A stretch of 64,000 bases of DNA from Heterodontus francisci (lineage: Eukaryota): positions 56,898,153 through 56,962,152 of the forward strand of contig NC_090390.1 of assembly GCF_036365525.1 (NCBI RefSeq). The letters are read 5' to 3'. The notes under the pieces are model-generated. The model ran no database searches. It worked only from the letters and a program-made list of their open reading frames with translations, and was not told where the DNA came from. This document shows positions 39,200 to 52,184 of the stretch, piece by piece; within the stretch, counting starts at the first letter, position 1, and each line of letters begins with the position of its first letter. The translations under genes and the position numbers were made by a program.

Positions 39200-41701
39200 G
39201 GTGGTTCTCTTCATTTTCGGATTGTGGGGGAGGATTCTTTGCTAATCTCCCCTTTGTCCCAGAGGACACTCCTGCTTGCAGGTATTTGTGTAGACTCTAC
39301 TGCGCTCCTCTCTGGGACTTGGACTAGGTGAGGCATCACCCTCATGGTTTCTATGCCCCCTTAGAGGTCTTTCTTTATCTCTGCAGGTTCCTGTAAATGC
39401 TGTTAACAAATCTGGTTTGGTGCTTCTAGTGTCTGTATTTACCTAGGAGGATGTGGGGTCTAACTTTTCATATTTTTCGAGGTTGGCTGACTGGACAATA
39501 GGGGTTTTCATCCAGGATTCCTCCCGGACTTCCATTAACCTGCCCTCTTGGTCCCTTTTTCCCCTTTTCTTTCTAACCTTTTGCCAGCTTTCTGCCTGCC
39601 GTTTCCTTTTGCTCTCGGTGGGGGTCCCTTACAGTTCACCAGCCCTCTACTGGAGGGTCCTCCTAACACTCGTACAGGACTTAAGGATACATGAGGCAAC
39701 TCCTGCAGTACTCCGCCACATCTTTGTGGAGTTTTGGCCAGTCAAACTGCTGTCTTATGTTGGCTTTGGTCTTTCGTATACCGGCATGTACAGCCACTAG
39801 TCTCGTGGGCCCTTCTTAATATTTCTCTGCGGTGCCACTAACTGGTGACTTACTGTCCACTCCTCCTTGCTTTCAAGTCTGTGAGGAGAACTCAATTTCC
39901 TCACCAGTTCCTCATTCTTTAAATAGTAGCAATCAGGGACTCCCTCTGCTTCACTTTCAGACTGGGCAGTCTGTGCTAACTCTCGCAACACTGGGTCTGC
40001 TCGCTGAACCTCAGCTATGGAAAATTTATTTATTTCACTCCCTGGGTCTTCTAACTTCTCAAAGAAAATCTTGGACAAACAGACCTCATGGTCATTTGCT
40101 TGCAGTGCCAACGAAGTCTCCTCTGGGGGAACTGGGTTGATCATGGCCTGATGCATTACACATTCAGGGAAACTGCAGCAGCCCGTCTCCTGCTACTGCC
40201 CTGTCTCTCTGACCTCCTGCGGTCTTTCTGTACAGGGTGGGCTACCAACTTCACCCCCACCAGATCGTTACCTAGGAGCAGGTCAACCCCGTCCACAGGC
40301 AAACTAGGGACAATCCTTATGATCGCCTGTCCTGAAAATAGGTCACACTCCAGGTGCACCCGGTGTACAGGACAGGCATACACTGCCCTCCAATACCATT
40401 CACCACCATTTTGGTATTCACTGCACTCTCTGGGGGGGAAAGGTCAGGCCTTTTCCCAGTAAAAACGATCTATTGGCCCCTGTGTCCCTGAGGAGTACTA
40501 TGGCCTTGCTTGCTCCACTCGAAGGGTATGGGTTACTTTCCCTTCAAACACAAAACCCCGATGAGCTTCAGGAATCCTGTTAAATTTTCCTGCACTTGCA
40601 GTAGTAAGCTTTCTGGGTCTCACTCTTACAGCGGTTAAAGCCACAGCTCGTCATGCTGTGCTTCCCATTAGGTTATTTTCTTCACTGAGCTGGTGTGCCC
40701 TGATCAACCTTCCAGGTTTTCCCTTTAGTTTCCAGCAGTCAGCTTTTAGATGACCTGCCTTATTACAATGGAAGCACACAGGTCTCCGGGTCCTACTCCT
40801 GCTCACAGCACCTTCCTTTTTGGCTGGAGGAGGGCACCCTGTTTCTCCTGCTTTCCTTTCTCTCCCATGACTGCTGGGGCTCCTTCCCACCCTTTGTCCT
40901 TTTCAGATTTGTGGGAGTGACGAGGAAATGTTTTCCCCTGGGATACCGACTTATAGATTAAAGCAAACCCATTGGCCAGAATGGCCGCTTGCCGGACTTT
41001 CTGGACCCACTGCTCCTCTACATGGGTCATTATGGAGAGTGGGAGAGAATGTTTAAATTCCTCTAACAGAATTACTTCTCTGAGATTCTTATAGTTGAGC
41101 TGTACTTTAAGAGCTCTCAGCCACTAGTCAAAAGCCAGCTGCTTGCTTACTTTCAAACTCCAAATAAGTTTGATTAGCTTGATTCTTGAGGGTTCTAAAC
41201 TTTTGGCGATAGGCTTCGGGTACTAATTCATATGCCCCAAGGATAGCATTTTTTGTCAGATCATAATTTGATGAACTCTTATCTGGCAATAGGGAATAAA
41301 CCTCATGGACTTTTCCAGTTAGCTTGCTTTGTAATAAGAGGCCAGGTCTCAGCTGGCTATTTTAGCTGCCTTTCCAGTTTCTCAAAAGACACAAAAACCG
41401 CTTCCACATCTTCCTCATTGAATTTTGGGATTAGTTTTAACAATTCTATACCCAGCCCTGAATTACGCTCCTCCATATTGGCCATGCGTTCACTCTGGTT
41501 TCTCAGTCACCCCCTAGTTAACTCAAGCTGCTTCAGCGCTCTTTGTCTTCACCTTCCTTCTGGAAGGCTCTTTGTTGCTCTCTCTCTTTCCTCAAGTTCA
41601 AGTTTCCTCTGTACCAATTGTATCATTGTTAGTAATACCCTGTCAGTTTATTTCTAACCCTGTTTCTGCTTCTTCAGGTTCAAGGAAAAATGGTTGGCCA
41701 T

Positions 41702-44674
41702 TTTTAGAAGAAGAGAGTAGCAGCATGAAGGATGCTAGCTAGTGAGGCTGGAGGAGAGTGTAAATAGTAATGTGTAAATAATAGTTATTAGTTGTCCGAA
41801 TCCAGACATCGAGATTTATCTATAATGCCCTAACTATGCTACTGGAACTACTATAACAATAACCATACACAATACGGTGGCAGCGGTTAAGACAACAAGA
41901 AACTTTTGAAAATCACCTTACCTCGTGAATTAGCACCAATAGAACAGCAGATCATGTCAGGGGACTGCTACGAGCTCCAGAGCTGCTTCGCAGGCAAAGA
42001 AGACGCAGACAGTCAATGAGTCAGCCTTGCAGGCTTTCAGGCTGTACCACAGAAGTGTGGCGGGCTGCAACGAAGCAGCAATCGGGGTCCGAGTCTCAGG
42101 GCCATGCAACGGTCGAGGATCAGGTGAGAGAATAAAGGGGCCATTCTTGGATAATGCACAATGTGTTGATAAAAGTGGAGAAAGAGGTCGATCTCTAGCA
42201 AAAACGCGACTCAGGAGTCCGGCGGAGTTGGCAGCTATGACTCAACCAGACCGTGGAGAGAAAGCATGGAAACTGTCGAAAGTACGGGAAACAGTAAAGG
42301 TTTAATGGCAGACACACAGAAGACACAAGCCATTACAGAATTCCCTACTACTCCTTGCTTTCAGCAACTCCAAAGATTCCTGGGAATGGTGAATCAATTA
42401 GCCAAATTTCTACCTCATTTAGTGCAGATAACAGAACTGCTAAGACAATTTCTCAAAAAACAGCAAGCGTGGTATTGGAGTTCACATCAAGAACAAGAAT
42501 TCAAGTAGATTAAAGAGATAGTCACATCACCAGACATCTTAGCACACTATAACCCTACACTACCAACAGCTATAGGGGCAGATGCCTGCTCAACTGGGTT
42601 AGGGGCAGTCCTTTTCCAGATGCAACTGGAAGGTTCTCGCAGGCCAGTATACCACGCACCTAGAGCTTTGTCCAACACAGAGACAAGGTATAAGGTGACT
42701 GAAAAAGAAGCACTTGCTGTCACATGGACTTGAGAAATTTTCTGATTATATTGTTGGATTGAGAGTCGTCATCGAGACAGATGATAAACCTTTTGTACCT
42801 TTGGATGAAAAAGAGATTGCAAAAATGCCTCAAGAATCCAAAAACTTTGTTTAAGATTGATGAGATATACGTATGAGACCATATATGTTCAGGGAAAGAT
42901 GCAAACGTCTGCTGAAGCGCTACCAAGAGTGACATTAGACCATCCAACACAACACTATGTGAATTTTGTTGATGAGATAGTCATGTTTGCAGTAGATGGC
43001 ACAAAATTGGCCAGCAAACACAGAAATTGCAAGAAATTCGTCATGCCACAAAAAGCGATGAAGAATGTATTCGCATAAGGCAGTATTGCACACAAGGGTG
43101 GCCACAAAAACATTCTTTTAGGAAGACAATGAAAACTTTCTACAAATATAGAAATTATTTCACAATCATTGACGATTTGCTAGTTTGTAATGACACACTA
43201 GTCATTCCTAGTTCACTGAGATCGGATATCTTGGAACGTCTACATCAAGGCCATATGGGAATAACAAAGTGCAGAGTAAGGGCACAATCATCAGTGGGAT
43301 GTCTTTGGATATTCCTGGACATTGAGAACCTGAGCCAGAACTGCCAGATCTGTGCAATACAAAGACCAGAACAGTGTGAACCTCTGTTAACTACTCATTT
43401 TCCAACCAGACCTTGGCAACGTCTAGGTATGGAGTTATTCATGTTCAACGGTAAGTCCTACATAATCATCATTGATTACTTCGCAAGATGGGTAGAAGTG
43501 AGAAGGTTATATTCAACAACAACCGAAGCAGTTATGAGTTCTACAAGACACCTTTGTGACATATGGTATCCCTGACAAAGTACCGTCAGACAACAGACCA
43601 CAGTTTGCGAATGAATATTTCACCCAGTCTGTGACAAGAATGTGATTTCAACATCTCAAGTTCACCATAATTATCCACAGTCGAATGGTGATGCAGAAAG
43701 AGGTTTAAGAACCAAAGTCCTTATGGACAAAGAATGAAGATCTTCCAACCTCGCTTCTAATTTATCGATCTACGCCATTTATGTGTGGACTATCATTTAC
43801 AGAGTTACTGATGGGCAGGAAGATAAGAACAGAGCTTCCTGTTGCCTAAAAAATTGCTTCCAGGATTGAATGTCTGGGACTATGAGAGTAAGAGACTAGG
43901 AAAACTCTTATAGAAGGCAACAAACTTGAAATTACAACAAATGATTTCGTGCCAGAGATTTACCAAAACTGAATGAAGGTGAAAGAGTATGGATATGTGA
44001 CCTAGAAAGGGAAAGTACTATACTATAATCCACAGAGATGAAAACTACCACAGATCATATTTAATACACATAACAAAAAGTGAACATATGTAGAAATAGG
44101 TAAAACATTATCCCTATTCCCCAGAAGCAACGACCATTCATTTGGAAGGCCCAGATGCTGATGAAGAAACCCAAAGCAAACAGAATACTGCAATCCTTAG
44201 TAGAAATCAACCAAGTCAGCAATCAAGACTTACAAGGAAGACTACCGATCATCCCACTCAAATTAGAACAAGATCAAGGAGAGTCGTGGAACCTCCTAAC
44301 AGACTAAATCTGTGAAGTCAGAGACTTGGGCAGAGGGGAGAAAGGGTAATAGGTTAAGTCAAGAATGTATATATGTTTAAAGAAAATGTATGAATAAAGA
44401 CTTGGGGCGGGGGGGAGATGTAGTTTAAGGACACGTAAGGGTTAATGTTGGAGACAGTGAGAGCAACCCCACCCACTGTAGTGGTGGTGATGATGTAACA
44501 ATCACATAGAAATGGGCTTTGGAAGACGAGGGTAGCAGCACGAAGGATGCTAGCTAGTGAGGCTTGGGGAAAGTATTAATAATGTGTAAATAATAGTTAT
44601 TAGTTGACCTAATCTAGATGCTGAGATTTATCTATAATTCCCAAGCTATGCTACTGCTACAACAACACACAACA
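41702..44674 (+). mobile_element. Gypsy element C, internally deleted
   Basis: Partial 5' LTR 41702-41874 repeated in 3' LTR 44419-44674; tRNA-Leu-type PBS GGTGGCAGCGGT near 41876; PPT 44404-44418; RT/RNase H remnants (LQRFLGMVN, DACSTGLGAVL) and integrase (LHQGHMGITKC, RPWQRLG, IDYF). Confidence 0.9.
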
Positions 44675-45840
44675 GTCGACTGTATACCTCCATTTATTCT
44701 CCAAAGTATTTCAGCCAGCCAGACCTCTGAGTCATCTGACTGAATTACTGGCTCAGCTGTCTCTAGGGGAGTTTCCTTGGCCATGGTCCTAGTTACTACA
44801 CAGGTAGGAAAAATCCCAGGGACTTCCTCCTGTATTTGTTCCATCTCCCTGGTCTCATTTGTCTGATCAAAGATCACTGGGGCTGCTACCACCTTACCAC
44901 CACCCCCCACCGCATCCCCCAGCCAAATCATTGCCAAGTAGCAAGTCTATTCTGTCCACAGGTAGACGAGTGACAGTCCCTACAGTAACTAGTCCAGAAA
45001 CTAAGTTGCACTGCAAGTGGACCTGGTAGATATGTATCCACCCTCAATCCAATTTAACAGAACCTTTGATTTTAGTGAACTCTCTGGTGGGCAGGTCATT
45101 CCTTTAATCAGCATGAGGGATTGAGTGACCCCTGTATCTCAAAGAAGGACAACGGGTTTGCCTGTCTTTCCTGAGAGATATGGGGACACCTTTTCTTTTA
45201 AAACGAATTCCTGATAGCCTTCAGGAATTTTCTCCTCTTCTGCCACACCTTTGGCTGTATTCTTTGCGGGGCTCCTTATCACAGTTAGGTGGGTCTCCCT
45301 TGCTACCTACTTGGCACCCTTTTCTTGGCTAACCTTGCGCACTCTTACAAAATTAACTGGCTTTCTCTTTAACTTCCAGCAATCAGCTTTCACATGCCTT
45401 GTTTTACTGCAATGGGAACACACAGGTCTGTAGAAAACATTCCTGCCCTCTGCATTTTCTTTCTTTACTGGTGGAGGGCTTCTTGTATGCTCACCTTTTG
45501 TTTCCCTCTCACTAACACTCCATCTCTTATCACTTTCCCATTTTCTGTCTTTTCTGAACCTCTGGGAATGATTATTATAGAAGGATTTTCTATGTGAAGA
45601 GGGTTTGGGAGTAAGCTCATATGTCTGCTATGGCAGTGGCTTCTCTCACCCTTGTAATTCTTTGCTCTTCAATATGGGTTTTTGTTAATTGGGATAATAA
45701 AACTACCTCTCTCAAATTTTCATATGAGAGGACTAACTGGATCATATCCAGTGATCAAAAGCCGTATGTTTAATTCTTTCAAATTCAATAAAAGTCTGGT
45801 CAGGTCTTTTCCTAGCATTTCTCAATTTATTAATTTTTTT

Positions 45841-46169
45841 TTGTTTAGAGATACAGCACTGAAACAGGCCCTTCGGCCCACCGAGTCTGTGCCGACCATC
45901 AACCACCCATTTATACTAATCCTACACTAATCCCATATTCCTACCACATCCTCACCTGTCCCTCTATTCCCCTACCACCTACCTATACCTGGGGCAATTT
46001 ATAATGGCCAATTTACCTATCAACCTGCAAGTCTTTTGGTGGTGGGAGGAAACCGGAGCACCTGGCGAAAACCCACACAGACACAGGGAGAACTTGCAAA
46101 CTCCACACAGGCAGTACCCAGAATTGAACCCGGGTCGCTGGAGCTGTGATGCTAACCACTGTGCCGCCC
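45841..46169 (-). mobile_element. HE1-like V-SINE in gag of element A
   Basis: Homologous to 19791-20136. Confidence 0.9.
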
Positions 46170-48529
46170 ATAACTGTTGATAGGCTTTGGGTACCAACTC
46201 ATGCATTTAGCATTGCCATTTTAGTTTGTTCATAGTCAGAAGAACCTTCTTCTGACAACAGAGAAAAAGCCTCATGAGCCTCAAGGTTTGCTCCAAATTG
46301 TGGATACAGTTTGAATTGCTGGCATCATTCTCACCTTGTGCTTGCAGCCTTTCTAACTCAACCTTCTTCACTGCTTCCTCTCTTTTCTGCAATTTTATTT
46401 CTTCTCTTTTCAACTGAAACTCTCTTTCCTCTTTTTCCTTCTATGATTGCAATTCCTTTTCTTTCAACTGAACTTGCACCTCCTTTCTTTTCAACTGCAT
46501 TTCCTCTTTCCTTCTAAATTCTAGCTAGGGCTACCTTTTCAGACTCAGACATGCTTGCTTCTTCCAGTTCAGGGCAAGATTAAAATAGTTAGATAAATTC
46601 TTCACTATTTCCTGGATCTTTGCCTTTTGCTTGAAAGTGACTCTGGCTTGTGTAGCTAGGGTTTTTAAATGTTCAATACTTAATTGATTTAATTTATCAT
46701 GGGATATGCCTCCCCACTCCATAAACTCCTTGGCATTAAAAGCAGCTATGTCTTTTGTTTCTACCACCATAGAGAAGAAGAATACAAGAAAACCTGTTTG
46801 TTTAATTTTCCACCGTTTTAGAGGTCAATTTTCCTCCCATTTCTAAATCTCTCATTTAATCTTAATGTTCAAAAATCCCAGCTTCGAGCCCCCAATTTGT
46901 TATGGGCAGGTGGGAAATGGCATGGCTGGCTTCCACTGGTCACCTCCCAACTGACCACAGATACTGTTTTTGTTTAAATTGGTGTTTCAGCCCCTTTGTT
47001 TTGTTTGCCAAATAAACAGACAGCAACAGATTTTCTTGTGAGTTTAAAACAGGATCAAAAATTTATTGAATAATCACCCAAAATGTTCGCATCACCACCC
47101 ATGCACACATTCAGTCTCTCGTACACTCAAGAAAAGATAGCTAATAAGTAAAAGGTAAGAGGCTTTAAAAGTCTACTTTCAGGAAAAACCTGTGAGATCC
47201 TCATGAGAGGTAAGTTTTAAAGTTGCAGGCTTTTTTGCTGGTTGCCTTGCCCTTGCTGAAGTCTCCTGGCAGTCAACACTTCAGTTTAAAGCCAGTTCAA
47301 TTTTCACAGGTGGAGGTGTTGTTCAAAAAGGCACTCTTATTTCTGTGCTGCAGTTAGTTGCCAACTCATCTCAGCAGGATTCAACTGTCTTAGCTGGAAT
47401 TGATCAATCTCTCTCTCTCTCTCTCAGCCTTGTGCTGGAATTCAAGATGGCTTTCGATGTTCTGTCTGTGGCTGGAGATCCAAGACTGATGTTCTGATGT
47501 CTTGATGACTGATGACTCCCTTTGTTCTCCAAAAAGGCTACCTTTAAAGGTAAATTCATAAAGTGTTAGCTTCGCCCATGTGGCTTTAGGTTTTTGGTTC
47601 CGTAGAGGCTATACAATGGCTTTTGATCTCAGTCCATTTTGATAAGATGAGGGATGTTCACACTTTATTGTAGTAATTGTAGCTGGAGACAGAGCATCTG
47701 CTAATGCCTTTGTTTTAGCCCACTTTGTGAATAGCTCACATCCATGTGTGATGAGCCGTTTAACCTCAATGCAGACAAGGTTACTGAGTTTCAGTTCTAG
47801 CAGACGTGGATTCAGTGCAGGAGGAGGTATGTGTCATGTTACTTTGTCCTCCATCTTATTGAAGGCATGTGTACCAGTCTTCTTAAATTGTTTTTTTTTA
47901 TATAACTTTTTGGATTATTTTTGTATTTCCATTGCTGCACTTCTCATGAATGTGACACTATGTACAAAGTGGTGATTGAATTATATGACTGATGGACTTT
48001 TATCAAATATGGTAAAGGAAGTCTTTGAGAGAAGGATAAAAATACCAGATCAATAGAAGTTCCTCACACAGCTTTACTGAAGAAAGAAGTAAGAGAGGCC
48101 AGAACTAGCATTGACAGGTGTCCGAGCTGCTCTGGAGAGTAAAAACTGTGTGTGACTTGATATTTCAAATAATTTGAACCAGGAAAATATTTCTGTGGGA
48201 ACTTGTAAAAGAAATGATCATTGATGATATGGAATTGTTTATTTCATGCCATTGGATGAGTCTCCTTTTAATCCATTGTTGCATCGCATTTTCTCTAATT
48301 TTATATTGAAGAAGTGTTTTGGAATGTTGGTATAAACTTTTTTTTAAAAAATCTTGGTATCGGTTTCTCCACTTGCTATCTCAGGAGGCCATCAAATGGA
48401 TGGTCCAACTAGACATCTCATTAAAAGCTTTTCCCATCATACTAAAGTCATAGTAATATCCATTAGGTAATGATTTCAAAAGTCACAATGCAAAAAGCCA
48501 TTTTTTTCCCATTTCTGGTTTTCCATGTT

Positions 48530-48720
48530 TTAATATAGTGAGACATAGCAGGCAGTCCCATAGCTGCCCCACAACAGCAATATAGTAGACCAAACAATCA
48601 TTTTAGTTATGCTGATTAAGGAATAAATATTGGCCAAGACAGCCAGAGAATTCCCCTGCTCTTCAAATAATGTCATGGTATATTTAACATCCACCCAAGG
48701 ATACAGACAGGGGCCTTGTT
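48530..48720 (-). mobile_element. Partial DeuSINE-family copy
   Basis: AATATTGGCCAAGACA...TTCCCCTGCTCTTC matches 54660-54710. Confidence 0.65.
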
Positions 48721-49144
48721 CAAATATACATTTTCTCTTCCTGAGAAATTGGTAACAGGTCGAGGAGACGATCACTTATTAGTATCAGGCAGAGGCAAAT
48801 TATAGAAATTTGGATAGATTAGAATGTAGGGATAATCGTGAATTTGACTAAAATTGAGTGATTTTGGATGGTGATGAAAGTGCACTGTTTTGCACTCTTT
48901 GCATCCATATTTTGCTATTTATTATTTGCTATTATAAATTTTAGTGTCCACATTTCCCATTCAATTTTCCTATATTAATAGTCTAAACTAAACTTAAACT
49001 AAACTAATATCAATGCATTGCATGATATGACCACTGGATGGCTCTTTGGACCAAATCTATCAGCTATCTCCCAGCTATGTCATATTTTTCATGTTTCACT
49101 CTTGTGCTTAGCCACTTTCCTTTATGGTCTAATACATATTTTTA

Positions 49145-49780
49145 AAAATAGAATGTACAGCATAGTCTGTATGACCTAGCAGCTCTATTCTGGTGTTTGT
49201 GCTCCACATAAGCTTTTCTGACCCTAAAAAAAGTCATCTCATCCTATCAGCATACCTTCTATTCCTTTCTTCCTCATGTACTTTTCTACCTTCTCGTCAA
49301 ATACATCTACGCTATTCACCTCAGCCACTCCATTTAGTAACGCTTTCCACCTCCTAACCACTCTTTGGGTAGAAAAGTTGCTGCTAAATGCCTTGTTGGA
49401 CTTATTAGTGATGATCTTATTTCTACAGCCCCTAGTTTTGGTGTCTCCACAATTGGAAACATTACCATGTCTTTCCTGTCAAACACTTATGTAATTTTAA
49501 AGACCTCTTATCAGACCACCCCTCAACCCTCGCTTTATTCTACAGCTTGCTAAGGGCCAAGGTCCTGACTTGTTGATTAATGCCTCAGGACTTCCATTTC
49601 CTCCTTTTCATGCTTCTGGACTTCCAGGCACCTTTTTTTTTAAATATTCCTTTGTGGGATGTGGGCGTTGCTGGCTAGGCAAGCATTCATTGTCCGACCC
49701 TAATTACCCTTGAGAAGGTGGTGGTGAGCTGTCTTCTTGAACCGCTGCAGTCCTTAGAGTGTAGGCACACCAACAGTGCC
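49145..49780 (-). mobile_element. Old CR1 3' fragment (to about 49545) and CR1 family B tail (about 49635-49780)
   Basis: CTAACCACTCTTTGGGTAGAAAAG; GTGGGATGTGGGCGTTGCTGGC...GAGAAGGTGGTGGTGAGC. Confidence 0.65.
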
Positions 49781-50299
49781 TTTCATACATATAATTAGCT
49801 TAATACAGATGGACAAATTAACGGGATCTCTGTACTGTTAGCATAATAGTATGTGCAGCAATTTAACAGGTCATATAAAAATGATTTGTTACTGGGCAGA
49901 GGTTAACTATAATAAACATTGTTACTCAATGAGGACATTGGTCCCTAATTCAGGTGATGCCTATGCATGGTGCTGCTATACCAGAACCGATTCCAATGCC
50001 CCAGGAAACCGAACCCTTCCATCCTATGCCATCTCTCCAGCCAAGCATTTACCCCTTTATATTGCTATTCCGATAGCACTTGGCACTGAGAAAAATCCTG
50101 AGCAAACCACCTTCATCGTCCTAGGCTTCAAGCTGTCTCCTCATTCTCAAACTCCTTTTGCAAAACGTTTACTTTATTTCTTATGCCAATGATTCTAACA
50201 TAAATACTTTAACTGTTTCCCTTTCCCTCTCCAAAATGTTTGCACGCCTCTGTAATAGCTCTGATGCTGGTTGTGGTGAGGCAAAAGAGCATTTAAGAC

Positions 50300-51600
50300 T
50301 GCCTATCTTTACACTCACCCCGTTTTAGGATTTCCCCCTTAAACAGTTGGATGGGTAACACTAATTTCGTTAGTAAGTTTAATCATGGGTCTGGGGGGAC
50401 AACAGAACCAGATCACATAATCCAATCGCATACTGAAAATATGACAGGAATTCGGTGGTGTACGGGAAGCGCATTCTTCGTTTAGAATTTGCTTCTTTCT
50501 GAAGTCTGCCTGTTAATCCCCAAAGTGATGTAAAAGCTCCATCTCTTCTGTTTAACAAGTGAGTACGTCAAGCATGACCATGAAAGCAGCTTCCTCGCCG
50601 CTATTGGGCCTGTGGTTTCTAGGGTGACAGTTTCCGTGGGGACTCGTTAAGCCGTCGCACTGATTCCTCCCTCCCCGAACTCTGACCCCCCGCTTTTGTT
50701 CGGCTGCTCGCTCAATCTTCCAGCGAGGATTCGGGGACAGGGGATTTAAATTGAAAATCCGTTAAAATACTTTGCTGCCGCCGCCGACGACGACGACGAT
50801 GCAGCTCGTCGCGTTCAAAACGCCATCTGCACCCCCGCTAGCGCAACCGGGATGTTTCTCTGGTTAAAGGTGTTGTCCGGGTAGGCGTTAATCGGAAGGT
50901 AATCGAACGGCCAAGATTTACAAAAATGCTGGATAACACTCGGCAGGACAGGCAGCAGCTGTGGGCAGTTAGACAGAGTTAGCGTTTTAAGGTCGATGAG
51001 TTTTTCCTCGGAACGGCTGATGTGATTTTTATTAGGAGTCGACACGGGCCGCGCGACGCGACGGTTTAACGGTTCCTGGGAAATCCTGCAGCTGTTCGCA
51101 TCCAATCGGGGTGGGAGGTGAGCGTCCAGTATCGGGGCCTCTGCCTGTCCTAATCTCACCCCGATCCCTTTTGGGGACGCGGTTTATTCCCCCCCACCCA
51201 CCTTTCCACCTTCAGATCCACAATACGGCATCGGGCGCAGCCGAACCTGTTGTTGGACGGCTGGCCGTGATTGACGTTCGGATCGCTCAATGAGAATCCA
51301 CAGCGCCCCAGCCGTGGGCCCGATTGGCCAATCGGCGTGTCGGAGAGGGCACGCGCAGGACAGGTGTGGGGCCGGGACCCGCCCGGTCGAGGAGTGAGGC
51401 GGTGGGCTTCAGTCACCATGAGTAAAGTGTTGGGCAGTGCGGGGCCGCCAGGTACAGGCAGTGTCACTCACAGCAAAGGCTTCTTCGGCATTCAACCGTG
51501 AAAGTAATCGTTCTGTCTCCAAAGAGAACAAAATGCAGATGAAATAGAGATCGTAGAAGACTTTTTTTGCGAAACAGCTTGGAAACGGGAACTTCATCCT
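50300..51600. promoter_or_regulatory. Orphan CpG island, apparently a bidirectional promoter
   Basis: Dense CpG; YY1-like CGCCATCT at 50821-50828; (GCC)3(GAC)4 near 50777-50798; palindrome CCGATTGGCCAATCGG 51320-51335; outward-facing donors at 50318 (-) and 51452 (+). Confidence 0.8.
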
Positions 51601-51714
51601 TTGAAAGGCGCACCCATTAGTGATGATCCCTTTGAGTTAAAGTTTAGGTTCTTCCACTTTTTAAGCGCAATGTGATTCAGAACTGCCCCAATGAATAGTT
51701 TATAATCATATACT

Positions 51715-52160
51715 CACTTGGAGGGAGTGCAACGAAGGTTCACCAGCCTGATTTCTGGGATGAGGGGATTGTCCTATGAGGAGTGATTGAGTAGACTTGA
51801 TTTATATTCTCTGAAGTTTAGAAGACTGAGGGGTGATCTCAATGAATATATACTAAATTCTTGGGCTTGACAAGGTAAATGCTGAGAGAACATTCCTCCT
51901 GTTGGAGAGACTAGAACTAGGGGGCAGCACCGAGGTGAGGAGAAAATTCTTCACTCAAAGAGTTGTGGATCTTTGGAATTCTCTACCCCAGAAAGCTGTG
52001 GATGTTCAATTATTGAGTACATTCAAGATGGAGATCAATAGATTTTTGGACACTAAGGGAATTAAAAGATATTGGTATAGTGTAAGAAGGTGGAATTCAG
52101 TCGAAGATCAGCCACGATCGTATTGAATGACCTACATATGTACCTATTTCTTATGTTCTT
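51715..52160 (+). mobile_element. CR1 3' fragment
   Basis: FFTQRVVDLWNSLP; tail CCTATTTCTTATGTTCTTAT. Confidence 0.85.
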
Positions 52161-52184
52161 ATATCATGTGTTCACTTAACAGTT

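Larger units (their letters stand above)
37126..41700 (-). mobile_element. Gypsy/Gmr1-like element B inserted in the LTR of element A
   Basis: 3' LTR 37126-38561 (TGTTA...TGACA); SCAN-like gag (YELVPEAYRQKFR...ILLEEF), CFHCNKAGHLKADC knuckle, DLLLGNDL protease end followed by integrase-leader-like sequence. Confidence 0.88.
36795..47957 (-). mobile_element. Gypsy/Gmr1-like LTR retrotransposon A (outer element, internally deleted)
   Basis: 5' LTR 46898-47957 (TGT...ACA); homologous partial 3' LTR 36795-37125; 4-bp TSD CTAT (36791-36794, 47958-47961); tRNA-Pro PBS (CGAGCCCCCA 46885-46894); gag, CCHC knuckle and protease remnants 44675-46770. Confidence 0.9.

Noticed and set aside
27400-50300. 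PSTK exons expected from human synteny
   Set aside because: No P-loop GLPAAGKS or DDNFYY-like sequence seen by eye; a TBLASTN search is needed to exclude it fully
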